Shown piece after piece: positions 51,813-62,287 of a stretch of 64,000 nt of DNA. The stretch lies in the NCBI GenBank assembly GCA_963674595.2, contig CAXXFV010000027.1, positions 362,887 through 426,886 on the forward strand, in the 5' to 3' direction. Origin of the DNA: a bacterium. Its GTDB lineage: Bacteria > Zhuqueibacterota > Zhuqueibacteria > Residuimicrobiales > Krinioviventaceae. Position 1 is the first letter of the stretch; every line of letters begins with the position of its first letter. A program made the position numbers and the translations under genes. Below the pieces are notes generated by a model. The model did not search any database. It had not been told where the DNA came from and saw nothing but the letters and a program-made list of their open reading frames with translations.

Positions 51813-53360
51813 ATGTTACTGATTTATCCACCTGTTGCCAAACCTGCTGAAGCTCCGGCGGGACTTGCACAATTATCCGGTGTTTTCAAGAGCACAAGCC
51901 ATAAACTTATCGATGCCAACATTGAAGGTCTCTGCTACCTGCTGAACAAACAATATCCACCGGAAAACGCACGCCACAAAATGGCACTTCACAATTTGCA
52001 TAAAAATCTGGAATCAATTCAAAATATTAAAACATACTTACCTATTCATCATTATAACCGAATCGTTAAAGATTTAAGTCGAATTTTACAGTATCATGGA
52101 TTAAAATATAATACAAGACTGGGATTATCTTCTTTTAAACATACACATCTGACCCCGGCTAAAAGCACCGACCTGCTTTATTCAGCAGAACATCCTGAAG
52201 AAAATGTTTTTTATCCTTATTTTCGGGAAAAGATCATCCTTGAAATTGAAAAGCAGCAGCCGGAAACGGTTTGCATTTCCATCATTTATCTTGACCAAGC
52301 TCTAACCGCCTTTGCGTTAATCGGAACAATAAAAAAAACGATGCCCTGGATCAAAATAATTATTGGCGGTGGTCTTGTCACTTCATGGATGAGCCAGCCA
52401 ACATGGAACAACCCATTTCACGGTTTGATCGATCATATCGTTTCCGGGCCGGGAGAACAATTTTTACGGGACTATTGTCATATATCAGAAAGCCCGACCC
52501 ATGTTACACCGGACTATTCACAGTTAAAAAATATAAATTACTTTTCACCGGGGTTTATTCTCCCCTATTCAACATCTACCGGCTGTTACTGGAAAAAGTG
52601 CACATTTTGTCCGGAAACAACAGAGCAAAATCCCTATAAACCAAAAGACAACAAAAAGATAATTCAGGACCTGATAAAATTTAAAGAACTAAAGCCGGTG
52701 CTGCTGCACTTTTTAGACAATGCCCTCAGTCCCAATTTTCTGGAATTCCTGATTAATGCAGACATAAAAATTCCCTGGTACGGATATGTAAGGTTTACGG
52801 AAAAATTACTTGAAAGGGATTTTTGTTTCAAACTTGCACAGTCCGGTTGTGTTATGCTGCAACTTGGACTGGAATCCGGCAGCCAGACTGTTCTGGACCG
52901 GTTACAAAAGGGAATAAACCTGGAACAGGTAACAATAATCCTGAAAAATTTAAAAAACGCAGGTATTGGTACATACGTGTATTTTTTATTTGGCACACCG
53001 TATGAAAGTTACGATGAGGCGCAGAAAACATTGCACTTTATTCAAAATCATTTTGAATATATAGATTTTATGAATCCTGCGCTGTTTAATTTACCAAAAT
53101 TCAGTAAAGATGTTGAATTTTTAAAAACACGGTCTTTTTATGATGGTGACTTGTCACTATACCTGGACTTTAAAAATCCATCAGGGTGGCACCGCAAAGA
53201 TACCAGACACTTTTTGGACAGAGAATTTAAGCGGGACAAATATGTTGCGGAAATTTTAAGGCGAACACCTGCAACATTTACATCCGACCATGCCCCGTTT
53301 TTTATAATGAACAATTTTAACAAAGAAAAACAAAGGACACATTTTGTACAATATGAATGA
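51813..53360 (+). CDS. B12-binding-domain-type radical SAM protein
   Basis: MLLIYPP N-terminus, IIIGGG, GCYWKKCTFC (CxxxCxxC), LGLESGSQ.VL and FLFGTPYE motifs. Confidence 0.88.
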   Translation: MLLIYPPVAKPAEAPAGLAQLSGVFKSTSHKLIDANIEGLCYLLNKQYPPENARHKMALHNLHKNLESIQNIKTYLPIHHYNRIVKDLSRILQYHGLKYNTRLGLSSFKHTHLTPAKSTDLLYSAEHPEENVFYPYFREKIILEIEKQQPETVCISIIYLDQALTAFALIGTIKKTMPWIKIIIGGGLVTSWMSQPTWNNPFHGLIDHIVSGPGEQFLRDYCHISESPTHVTPDYSQLKNINYFSPGFILPYSTSTGCYWKKCTFCPETTEQNPYKPKDNKKIIQDLIKFKELKPVLLHFLDNALSPNFLEFLINADIKIPWYGYVRFTEKLLERDFCFKLAQSGCVMLQLGLESGSQTVLDRLQKGINLEQVTIILKNLKNAGIGTYVYFLFGTPYESYDEAQKTLHFIQNHFEYIDFMNPALFNLPKFSKDVEFLKTRSFYDGDLSLYLDFKNPSGWHRKDTRHFLDREFKRDKYVAEILRRTPATFTSDHAPFFIMNNFNKEKQRTHFVQYE

Positions 53361-54603
53361 TATTGAACTTTTATCTCCTGCTGGTTCTTTTGAAAGTTTA
53401 AATGCAGCGATAAAAGCAGGGGCAAATGCCGTTTATTTTGGGGTTGAACAACTGAATATGCGGGCACGGGCCGCCAAACCTTTCACCATTGCAGATTTGC
53501 AACTCATTTCTGAAACATGTAAAAAAGCACATGTTAAAAGTTATATTGCTTTAAACACAATAGTGTATGACCATGAAATTCCGTTATTGAATGAAATATG
53601 TGTGGAAGCAAAAAAGGCAGATATTTCTGCTGTGATTGCCACGGATATGGCCGCCATTGAATGTGCTAAAAGGAACAACCTGAATATTCATATTTCTACG
53701 CAGGCAAATATTTCAAATTTGGAAGCAGTTAAATTTTATGCCCAATTTTCAGATGTTGTTGTATTAGCGCGCGAACTCTCTATAGACCAGATTGCCTTTA
53801 TCTGCTCTGAAATTAAAAAACAAAATATATGTGGTCCATCGGGATCACTGGTTAAAGTGGAAATTTTCATTCACGGCGCCTTGTGTGTTTCCATTTCAGG
53901 AAAATGTTATATGAGCCTGGCGCTTACAAACCACTCTGCTAATCGCGGAGAATGTTTGCAATCATGCAGGCGCAGTTATCGCATTATTGATGAAACGACA
54001 AACGATGAGTTGACCATTGACAATAAATTTGTCATGTCGCCTAAAGATTTGTGTACAATCGGAATATTAGATAAAATTATCCAGGCAGGTGTTTCCGTTC
54101 TTAAAATTGAAGGACGCGGCCGGCCGGTTGAATATGTTTATCGGGTGACAAACGCTTACCGGCAAGCGATTAATGCGATTTATGATGGCAGCTATTCAAA
54201 TGAACATATAGAAAAATGGACAAATGAACTTGAAAGCGTTTTCAACCGAGGATTCTGGCAAAACGGCTATTATCTTGGACATAAGCTTGGTGAATGGAGC
54301 GCTTCTTATGGATCACGGGCCAAAAAACAAAAATTTTATTTGGGTTATGTTAAAAACTATTTTTCTAAAACACAAATAGCCCAATTTATACTTGAAAGCG
54401 GTGAAGTCAATATAGGTGATACAATCGTTGTAACAGGACGAACGACCGGCTATGCAGAAACGGTTGTATCAAGCATATATCTGGACGAACAATCCGTTCA
54501 AAAAGCAGTAAAAGGGCAAGACATAACCATACCCTTTCCTGACAAAATCAGAAAACAAGATAAACTTTATTTGTTAAAAAATAGAGAAATCTGGCAATCT
54601 TAG
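53353..54603 (+). CDS. Peptidase U32 family Fe-S protein (TrhP/RlhA-like hydroxylation family)
   Basis: ELLSPAG, GANAVYFG, HISTQ, LAREL, HGALC..SGKC...NRGECLQSCR and LKIEGR motifs. ATG at 53353 preferred as start. Confidence 0.9.
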   Translation: MNDIELLSPAGSFESLNAAIKAGANAVYFGVEQLNMRARAAKPFTIADLQLISETCKKAHVKSYIALNTIVYDHEIPLLNEICVEAKKADISAVIATDMAAIECAKRNNLNIHISTQANISNLEAVKFYAQFSDVVVLARELSIDQIAFICSEIKKQNICGPSGSLVKVEIFIHGALCVSISGKCYMSLALTNHSANRGECLQSCRRSYRIIDETTNDELTIDNKFVMSPKDLCTIGILDKIIQAGVSVLKIEGRGRPVEYVYRVTNAYRQAINAIYDGSYSNEHIEKWTNELESVFNRGFWQNGYYLGHKLGEWSASYGSRAKKQKFYLGYVKNYFSKTQIAQFILESGEVNIGDTIVVTGRTTGYAETVVSSIYLDEQSVQKAVKGQDITIPFPDKIRKQDKLYLLKNREIWQS

Positions 54604-54766
54604 CTTATAATTTGCTCACATTTTCCAATTTGGTCTGTCTATTTTATTGTATAATGTGAAAATTTGGACCTTTTCTAAATTCTTTATTTTTTTTAAAACG
54701 AAACACAAAGACAGTAAAAACGTAATAGAATAGGTTCATAGATCAATTTATTCCAGGAGGTAAAAC

Positions 54767-55768
54767 ATGACAGATTTGAAGAAAGCGGCCGCAATATTAA
54801 TTCCCTGTATACTTTTACTTTTCACTTTTTCGACATGTTGGGCAGATTATGAAGAAATTGAAACAGAAAATTTTACAGTATCTGAAAAGGGTTTGTTAAC
54901 TCTTAAAACAGATATTGGTTCTATAGAAATTAATACATCGGCTGGTGAAAACGTTGATATAAAAATTGTAAAAAATGTAAATACCGGCAGTGAAAGAAGA
55001 GCTAAAAGAGAGCTGGATCGATTCAGGGTACACTATGAACATAACGGGACAGATGTAAATATTGATGCAGATTATGAAAGAAAATCTTTTAGCTTTTTTA
55101 GCTGGTTTCGTAAAAAATTAAAAGTAAAATATATCATTACTGTTCCCAAAAACTATAATTTAAATTTGGCAACTTCGGGTGGATCTATTAAAGTTAGTGA
55201 TCTGAAAGGTTCTGTAAATGTCAGAACATCCGGCGGTAGTCTTCGGTTTGGCAATATAGACGGACCGATCACAGGAAAAACATCAGGCGGGAGTATTTCG
55301 CTTTCAGAGAGTACTGGAGATGTCAAGATAAACACCTCAGGCGGCAGCATTAAAATCGGCAAGGTTGACGGTATAATTGATGCCCACACATCAGGTGGTT
55401 CAATAAAAATTGAAGAATGTTCGGCAGCCATATCCGCATATACATCTGGAGGAAGCATTAAAGTTAATGACATTCATGGTCCGCTTGATGCAAAAACATC
55501 CGGAGGGTCGGTGACCGCCAGGTTTACTCAACAACCTGAAAGTGATTGTCGGTTAAAGACTTCGGGAGGAAGTATCAATGTTTATTTAGCAGACCACCTT
55601 CGATTCAACATTGACGCCGGAACCAGCGGAGGCAGAGTAAAAACCGACTTGCCATTGACGATTGAAGGCTCCATTAAAAGTACGAAAATATTGGGTACTT
55701 TGAACGGAGGCGGTCCATTGTTGTATTTAAAAACCTCAGGCGGTAATGTTAACCTGAACAGATTGTAG
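54767..55768 (+). CDS. DUF4097 family beta-strand-repeat secreted protein
   Basis: About ten TSGG(S/R/N)(I/V/L) repeats; signal peptide; AGGAGG RBS. Confidence 0.85.
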   Translation: MTDLKKAAAILIPCILLLFTFSTCWADYEEIETENFTVSEKGLLTLKTDIGSIEINTSAGENVDIKIVKNVNTGSERRAKRELDRFRVHYEHNGTDVNIDADYERKSFSFFSWFRKKLKVKYIITVPKNYNLNLATSGGSIKVSDLKGSVNVRTSGGSLRFGNIDGPITGKTSGGSISLSESTGDVKINTSGGSIKIGKVDGIIDAHTSGGSIKIEECSAAISAYTSGGSIKVNDIHGPLDAKTSGGSVTARFTQQPESDCRLKTSGGSINVYLADHLRFNIDAGTSGGRVKTDLPLTIEGSIKSTKILGTLNGGGPLLYLKTSGGNVNLNRL

Positions 55769-55818
55769 AAACGAAAATTTTATTTCATTATTTCATATAA
55801 CAGTAATTAAGGTGAACA

Positions 55819-56976
55819 ATGACACCACGAGACAACCTTTTATCCCTTTTTAATGGCGAAAAAAATAAAGTACCTTTTGTTCTTATGGGCTTTTGGAACG
55901 AAAAAAGTATCCATGACCTGTTACCAAAAGATTGTTGGGACGAAAGCACCTATTACCTGCCATCGGATGATCCCCCCTGTGATAGTTTTCCAGAAAAGCG
56001 AACAGACCTTCATCGGCAGCACGCTGTCAATCTTGCGAAACACCTGGGAATTGCCTGTCTGGGTGTCGGTCACGGCGGACCGGTCCCCTTTGGGCATGGA
56101 GGTCCGGCAGAGTTACAGCCACAGGTTGTTCAACGAACAGATGAATATAAAATTCTCGATTATGAAGGTGGTCATCATAGAAAAATAAATTTTCACCCGC
56201 ATGCAATTCAGTATTATAATTTTCCCGTAAAAACTCGGGATGATCTGGACAAGCTTGTTTTACCTGACATGCAGGATAAAAAACGTTTTGCAGGAATTGC
56301 CGAAGACGCTGCTTTTTATAAAACGTCAGGCTTGATGCCGACGGCCTCCATTCAGGGATTTTTTGCAGGCTTGCATAATTCTTTTATGGATATGGAAAGC
56401 GTCCTTTTAAACTTGCTGACCGAACCTGACTTTATGCATCGTTTTACAAAAAAATTAGCGGAAATGAATTTACAGGCAGTTGAGATGATGCTCGACTGCG
56501 GGGTGGAACTTGTTGAAATTTGTGATGATGTCGGCAATAAAGACGGTTTGCTCATTTCACCACAACTTTTTGAAAATTACTTTTACCCATATTATTGTGA
56601 ACTTTGCCGGCTTGTCCATTCAAAAGGCGGATGGGTCCATTTTCATTCACACGGTAATATAGAAAAAATGCTTCCCCTTTTTATTAAAGCCGGAATTGAT
56701 ATGATTAATCCATTTGACCGGGCAGAGAACCCTCATTTGGATGAACTTTTGACCACGTACAGTAATGATATTGTATTCGTGGGTTGTCTTGATAATAACA
56801 GCCGCGATTGGCCGCCGGATGAACAAATAAAACATTATAAAGAGTCTGTTGACAAGGCGGTATCTTTGTGTAAAAAAGGTTATATATTTATGGACCCCGG
56901 GTTTGCACAAGATTTAACAAAACAGGATTTTGACAAAATTTTATCCGGTATTCATGACATCATAGCCGTTTCATAA
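55819..56976 (+). CDS. Uroporphyrinogen-decarboxylase/MtaA-CmuA superfamily protein
   Basis: MTPRDN N-terminus, ICDDVG...LISP.LF, HFHSHG and IDMINP motifs. Confidence 0.8.
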   Translation: MTPRDNLLSLFNGEKNKVPFVLMGFWNEKSIHDLLPKDCWDESTYYLPSDDPPCDSFPEKRTDLHRQHAVNLAKHLGIACLGVGHGGPVPFGHGGPAELQPQVVQRTDEYKILDYEGGHHRKINFHPHAIQYYNFPVKTRDDLDKLVLPDMQDKKRFAGIAEDAAFYKTSGLMPTASIQGFFAGLHNSFMDMESVLLNLLTEPDFMHRFTKKLAEMNLQAVEMMLDCGVELVEICDDVGNKDGLLISPQLFENYFYPYYCELCRLVHSKGGWVHFHSHGNIEKMLPLFIKAGIDMINPFDRAENPHLDELLTTYSNDIVFVGCLDNNSRDWPPDEQIKHYKESVDKAVSLCKKGYIFMDPGFAQDLTKQDFDKILSGIHDIIAVS

Positions 56977-57007
56977 TTCCATTTCGTTAAAAACACTTTG
57001 TATAAAT

Positions 57008-57041
57008 AAAAAAGCCTGGTTATTAAAACCAGGCTTTTTTT
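57008..57041. terminator. Bidirectional intrinsic terminator
   Basis: AAAAAAGCCTGGTT-atta-AAACCAGGCTTTTTTT between convergent genes. Confidence 0.9.
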
Positions 57042-57043
57042 AT

Positions 57044-58201
57044 TTATTTTGCACTTTCTCTAATAATATGCCTTGCCACGACATTACGTTGTATTTGATT
57101 GGTACCCTCATAAATTTGGGTAATTTTTGCGTCGCGCATATATTTTTCAACCGGATAATCTTTCATATATCCATAACCGCCAAAGATCTGAACAGCGTCG
57201 GTGGTCACTTTCATCGCCATATCACCGGCCATTAATTTGGTCATGGCAGATTCTTTACCATAGTCTTTAAGTCCGGCATCAATCATTTTTGCTGTCGCAT
57301 AGATTAAAGCACGACTGGCTTCAATTGATGTTGCCATATCAGCCAACATAAACTGGATACCCTGGAAAGAAGCAATACTCTGTCCAAACTGATGTCTCTC
57401 TTTAGCATAACGGACAGCGTGGTCAAAAGCGCCCTGCGCAATACCAAGTGCCTGAGCAGCAACTCCCGGTCGCGATTTGTCCAGTGTTTTCATTGCTGCC
57501 ATAAAACCCTGTCCGGGTCTACCGAGCATGTTTTCTTTGGGAATTTTACAATCCTGAAAAACAACTTCACACGTAGCTGAGGCACGAATTCCCATTTTGT
57601 CTTCTTTTTTACCAAAGGACAAACCTTCAGTACCTTCTTCCACGATAAATGCAGAAGCGCCGCGAGAACCTCTTGTTGGATCGGTTGATGCAATAACAGT
57701 ATAATATTTTGCAACACCGCCATTTGTAATAAAATGTTTGGTACCGTTTAATACATAATAATCGCCTTCCAAACGGGCCGTTGTTTGAATGGCTCCGGCG
57801 TCAGAACCGGCTTCAGGTTCTGTTAAACAAAAAGCTGCAAGTCCTTCACCGCTTGCCATCTTGGGTAAATACTTCTTTTTTTGTTCATCATTACCGGCAA
57901 TTAAAACCGGAAAACATCCCAAAGCGCTACCTGCAAGAGCCAGTGAAATACCGCCGCAGGCGCGTGAAAATTGTTCCGTTACCAGAGTAAGGTCCATTAC
58001 TCCGCCGCCCATTCCTTCATACTCTTCAGGAATCCATAACCGGAAAAAGTCCATACGACCCATTTCTTCTACGATTGGCCAGGGAAACTCTGCTTTTTGG
58101 TCATATTCAGCAGCAACAGGTGCAATCTTTCCCATTGCAAATTCGTATGCAAGTTCCTTTAAAGCTTCTTGTTCTTCTGTTAAAAAATAATTCATATCCA
58201 A
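57044..58201 (-). CDS. Acyl-CoA dehydrogenase (short-chain/butyryl-CoA type)
   Basis: FCLTEPEAGSD, NGTKHFITNG, KEDKMGIRAS, QIFGGYGY and RDAKITQIYEGTNQIQR motifs. Confidence 0.95.
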   Translation of the reverse strand: MDMNYFLTEEQEALKELAYEFAMGKIAPVAAEYDQKAEFPWPIVEEMGRMDFFRLWIPEEYEGMGGGVMDLTLVTEQFSRACGGISLALAGSALGCFPVLIAGNDEQKKKYLPKMASGEGLAAFCLTEPEAGSDAGAIQTTARLEGDYYVLNGTKHFITNGGVAKYYTVIASTDPTRGSRGASAFIVEEGTEGLSFGKKEDKMGIRASATCEVVFQDCKIPKENMLGRPGQGFMAAMKTLDKSRPGVAAQALGIAQGAFDHAVRYAKERHQFGQSIASFQGIQFMLADMATSIEASRALIYATAKMIDAGLKDYGKESAMTKLMAGDMAMKVTTDAVQIFGGYGYMKDYPVEKYMRDAKITQIYEGTNQIQRNVVARHIIRESAK

Positions 58202-58207
58202 TCCTCA

Positions 58208-58953
58208 TTAAATAATATTTAAACTTTTCAAGGCTTGATTTGCAGCCATCTGTTCTGCTACTTTTTTTGACGGACCGGTTCCGGTTCCAAAAATATCTCC
58301 ATTAATCATAACAGAAATTGTAAACGTTTTTTTATGGTCCGGTCCTGTTTCATTTTGCAAAACATAAGCAGGCCCCACTAAATTATGACTTTGACAATGT
58401 TCCTGTAAAAGACTTTTATTATTACGAAAAGGTCCATTTTCAACAATGTCACCGAGTTTGGTGGTTATATTTTGCAAAATGAAATTTTTTGCAGCTTCCA
58501 GTCCGCCATCCAAATAAATGGCGCCAATAATTGCTTCCATCGCATCGGAAAGAATTGACTTGCGGCGTCTTCCCCCGATCTTTCCTCTGATTTGTTTAAA
58601 AGTAAAAATTCTCCAATTCCAAATTCTTTTGCAACTTCGGAAAGAATGTTACGATTAACAAGTAAGGATTTGTAATTTGTTAATACACCCTCTTCTTCCT
58701 CAGTATAGGAAGCATATAAAAAATCTGTTACAACAAGACCTAATACGGCGTCACCAAGCAATTCCAAACGCTCATTTGACTCTATTCTTTTTTCTCCGGT
58801 CGTTGTTAAATAAGACCGGTGCTTTAGAGCTTGTATCAGGTATTTGTTGTCATGAAATGAATGTTTTAATCTTTTTTCAAGCGTAGTTGTATTCAGGTCT
58901 TTTTCTTCCTTTGAAAAGAATGAAGAAAAAAGACGATGAAGCTTGTTCCACAT
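58208..58953 (-). CDS. rnc: Ribonuclease III (1-bp deletion in the run at 58572-58576, probable sequencing error)
   Basis: ALKHRS, SNERLELLGDAVLGL; adding one G restores SGGRRRKSILSDAMEAIIGAIYLDGG plus the dsRBD (248 aa). Confidence 0.92.
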
Positions 58954-58990
58954 AGTTGAACCTATCTGATTATACTGCTCTGACGAATCA

Positions 58991-60236
58991 TTACCCGGTA
59001 TAATTTTTGAAGGCCAATGAGACATTATGACCGCCAAAACCAAAAGAGTTGGAAATGGCGTAATTTATTTCCTTGTCGATTGGTTTGTTAGGAACATAGT
59101 TCAGGTCACAATCCGGATCAGGTGTTTGGTAATTAATAGTTGGGTGAATCATCTTATTTTTGATCATAAGAAGAGTAGCAATAGCTTCGGCGGCCCCTGA
59201 AGCGCCAAGCATATGCCCGGTCATTGATTTAGTAGAACTTATAGCTAAATTATTAGCATGCTCACCAAAAGAATTTTTGATGGCCAATGTTTCCGTTTTA
59301 TCATTTAAAGGTGTTGATGTGCCATGGGCATTGATATAATCGACTTTATCCGGTGTAATCTGCGCTTCCTTTATGGCGATATTCATGGCGCGTGTTGCAC
59401 CATCGCCGGTAGGAATTGGGGCCGTAATATGATAGGCATCACCGGTAAATCCGGCACCAACAATTTCACCATATATCCTGGCATTTCTGTTTTTGGCATG
59501 TTCCAGTTCTTCCAGAAACAAAATTCCTCCGCCTTCGCCCATGACAAATCCATCGCGATTTAAATCAAAAGGACGACTTGCTGTTGCAGGATCATCATTT
59601 CGGGTTGATAAAGATTTTGAATTATTGAATCCAGCCAAACCCATTTGATTTATTGGTGCTTCGCTTCCGCCGGTAACCATTGCAACCGCTTTTCCATATC
59701 GTATATAATTAAAAGCTTCACCAATAGCATGGGAAGAAGATGCACATGCAGACGTAGTTGCATAATTTACACCTTTAAAACCATAAGCCATAGAAATATA
59801 ACCCGGTGATATATCGGCAATTAACATCGGAATAAAAAACGGACTAATACGTTTCGGTCCTCGATCAAAAAGTACTTTGGTTTCTCTTTCATACGTTGTC
59901 ATGCCGCCAATACCGGAAGCAACAATGACCCCAAAATCCTCTAGGTTTTCCTGTGACAGATCGATATTCGCATCGTCTACAGCCATTTTTGCAGCGGCCA
60001 GAGAAAAATGAGTAAACCTATCCATTCTTCGAGCTTCTTTTTTATCCAAATAATTTGTCGGATCAAAATCTGTAATTTCTCCGGCAAATTTTGTAAGATG
60101 TTCGGCTGTATCAAAAAGTGTAATTAATCCGATACCGTTTTTGCCTTTAATTAAATTTTGCCAATATTCGTCAAGCGTTTTACCAAGTGGGCATACAATG
60201 CCCATTACCGGTTACAACGACTCTTTTCAAGTCCAT
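58991..60236 (-). CDS. fabF: 3-oxoacyl-ACP synthase II (1-bp insertion at ~60206, probable sequencing error)
   Basis: MDLKRVVVTG from ATG 60236 is one base out of frame with MGIVCPLG; TTSACASS, INAHGTST and SNSFGFGGHN motifs. Confidence 0.95.
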
Positions 60237-60275
60237 ATTTTACCTCAAACCATGAAAGTGCTAAATGAAATTACA

Positions 60276-60298
60276 TTAGGGGCAGCTACGGCCCCTAA
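60276..60298 (-). other. Hairpin immediately after the acpP stop codon (mRNA stabiliser or partial terminator)
   Basis: TTAGGGGC-N7-GCCCCTAA. Confidence 0.6.
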
Positions 60299-60301
60299 CT
60301 T

Positions 60302-60544
60302 TTATTCATTGTTTTGTAATTTTTCTTCAAGATATTTTAAAGCATCGCCAACTGAGGTCAGTTTTTCAGCTTCGTCATCAGGAATTTCAAGTCCGAATTC
60401 TTCTTCGAAAGCCATGATGAGTTCTACTGTGTCCAAAGAATCAGCGCCTAAATCATCAATAAAAGATGCTTCAGGTGTTACTTCGTTTGCATCGACACCA
60501 AGTTGTTCGACAATAATATCTTTTACCTTATCCTGAACTGCCAT
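60302..60544 (-). CDS. acpP: Acyl carrier protein
   Basis: [22 protein letters not shown]. Confidence 0.98.
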   Translation of the reverse strand: MAVQDKVKDIIVEQLGVDANEVTPEASFIDDLGADSLDTVELIMAFEEEFGLEIPDDEAEKLTSVGDALKYLEEKLQNNE

Positions 60545-60591
60545 GATTCTGTTCCTCCAGATAATTTAAAAATATGTTAGATTTAATTTAA

Positions 60592-61335
60592 TTACATTAC
60601 CAGGCCGCCATCGACATTTAGAACCTGTCCGGTTACATAATCAGAAGCGGAACTGCTTAAGAAAAGGACAACATTCGCAACATCTTGGGGAGTACCAGGT
60701 TTGTTTAAGGGTATTGATTTTAAAAATGCTTCTTTAGCTTCTTGTCTTAAATTTTCGGTCATTTCAGTTTCAATATAACCGGGAGCGACAGCATTCACTT
60801 GAATATTTCTGCTTCCAAGTTCTTTGGCAACTGATTTTGTTATACCAATAACACCTGCTTTGGAGGCGGAATAGTTTACCTGACTAATGTTACCGATAAT
60901 TCCAACCACAGATGAAATATTGATAATTTTACCGAATTTTTGTTTTAAAAAAGTTCTTGTGGCTGCTTTGATACAATTGAATGTACCTTTAAGATTAACT
61001 GCAATGACAGAATCCCAATCGGATTCTTTCATTTTTAATAAAATATTGTCACGAGTAATACCGGCATTGTTCACCAGGATATCAATTTGACCAAACTCTT
61101 TAACGGCCTCAGCAATCAGATTTTCAGCTTCAGTCAACAGAGCAACGTTTGTTTGGACGGCAATCGCTTTCGGACCCATTTTCTTAATTTCCTCAGCAAC
61201 GCCCTGAGCGCCTGTTAAATCGATATCCGAAACAACGATATTACATCCTTGTTCGGCCAGTTTTAGTGCAATAGCTTTGCCGATACCGCGCGCGGCGCCG
61301 GTTACTATAGCAGTTTTATTTGCAAGTTCTTTCAT
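60592..61335 (-). CDS. fabG: 3-oxoacyl-ACP reductase
   Basis: VTGAARGIG, NNAGITRD and NYSASKAG motifs; fab-cluster context. Confidence 0.96.
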   Translation of the reverse strand: MKELANKTAIVTGAARGIGKAIALKLAEQGCNIVVSDIDLTGAQGVAEEIKKMGPKAIAVQTNVALLTEAENLIAEAVKEFGQIDILVNNAGITRDNILLKMKESDWDSVIAVNLKGTFNCIKAATRTFLKQKFGKIINISSVVGIIGNISQVNYSASKAGVIGITKSVAKELGSRNIQVNAVAPGYIETEMTENLRQEAKEAFLKSIPLNKPGTPQDVANVVLFLSSSASDYVTGQVLNVDGGLVM

Positions 61336-61337
61336 AA

Positions 61338-62269
61338 TTATCCCACTAGATTTCTAATTGATTCTGCATTATTTATGCTAAAAGTAGAAACGGTTTTATC
61401 TATACGTTTTACCAATCGGGCAAGCACGTTACCATTTCCCACTTCAATAAACTCTTTAATACCATTTTCAACCATCGTTTGAACTGTTTTTAACCACAGC
61501 ACAGGATGTGTTAATTGTTTGGATAGATATTCTTTTAATTTGTCCGGGTCTTGTGAAAAATTTCCGGTAACATTGCTGTAAACCGGAACAAGAGGTTTTT
61601 GAAACTGAACAGAATCGAGCATCCCGGAAAACTCGACAACCGCAGATTCCATTAAAGGCGAATGGAAAGCGCCACTAACATTTAGTTCAACAACATTTTT
61701 AGCTTTATTTTCTTTTGCTAATTCCTGGGCCTTTTCAACACCTTTTTCGGTACCGGAAATAACAAGTTGAATTTGTGAGTTATAATTGGCCGGACCTACA
61801 AAATTTCCATCATTTGTAACGGACTGGCAAATATCTTTAACTATTTTGCTGTCCAGACCTATAATAGCCGCCATTTTGCCGGGATTTTTTTGTCCGGCTT
61901 GCTGCATTAATTCACCACGTAATTTTACGAGTTTTAGTCCTTGCTCAAAAGAGAAACATCCGGCAGCAGCAAGAGCGGAATATTCACCTAAACTGTGTCC
62001 GGCAACAGCGCTTGCATCGGAGCCGTTTTCAGATAAAAGTTGATATAATATATATAACTATGAACAAATAAAGCAGGTTGTGTAAACTGTGTTTGTGACA
62101 ACTTATCTTCAGGGCCATCAAAACATAATTCCGCAAGGTCAAACTGCATTATTTCATTGGCTTTTTTATAATATTGTTTTGCCAAATCAAATTGTTCATA
62201 AAGATCTTTCCCCATGCCTAAACTTTGTGATCCTTGTCCGGGGAAAATATATGCTTTATTACTCAACAT
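61338..62269 (-). CDS. fabD: Malonyl-CoA:ACP transacylase (frameshift in a TA repeat at ~62048-62056, probable sequencing error)
   Basis: FPGQGSQ and TQPAL in one frame; AGHSLGEYSAL and VSGAFHSPLM in another. Removing one TA gives HSYILYQLL and a 309-aa protein. Confidence 0.93.
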
Positions 62270-62287
62270 TAACCTTTCAATTCGTTA

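Noticed and set aside
54767-55768. Nucleotide tandem repeat in the TSGG-rich gene
   Set aside because: The periodicity is protein-level (DUF4097 beta-strand repeats) with diverged codons.
60276-60298. UUAGGGG in the acpP 3' hairpin (and UUAGGGGG at the SSS 3' end, ~21730-21737) as targets of the CCCCUAA sRNA loop
   Set aside because: Only 7-8 bp of complementarity, plausible by chance in 64 kb; the acpP site is also buried in its own stem.
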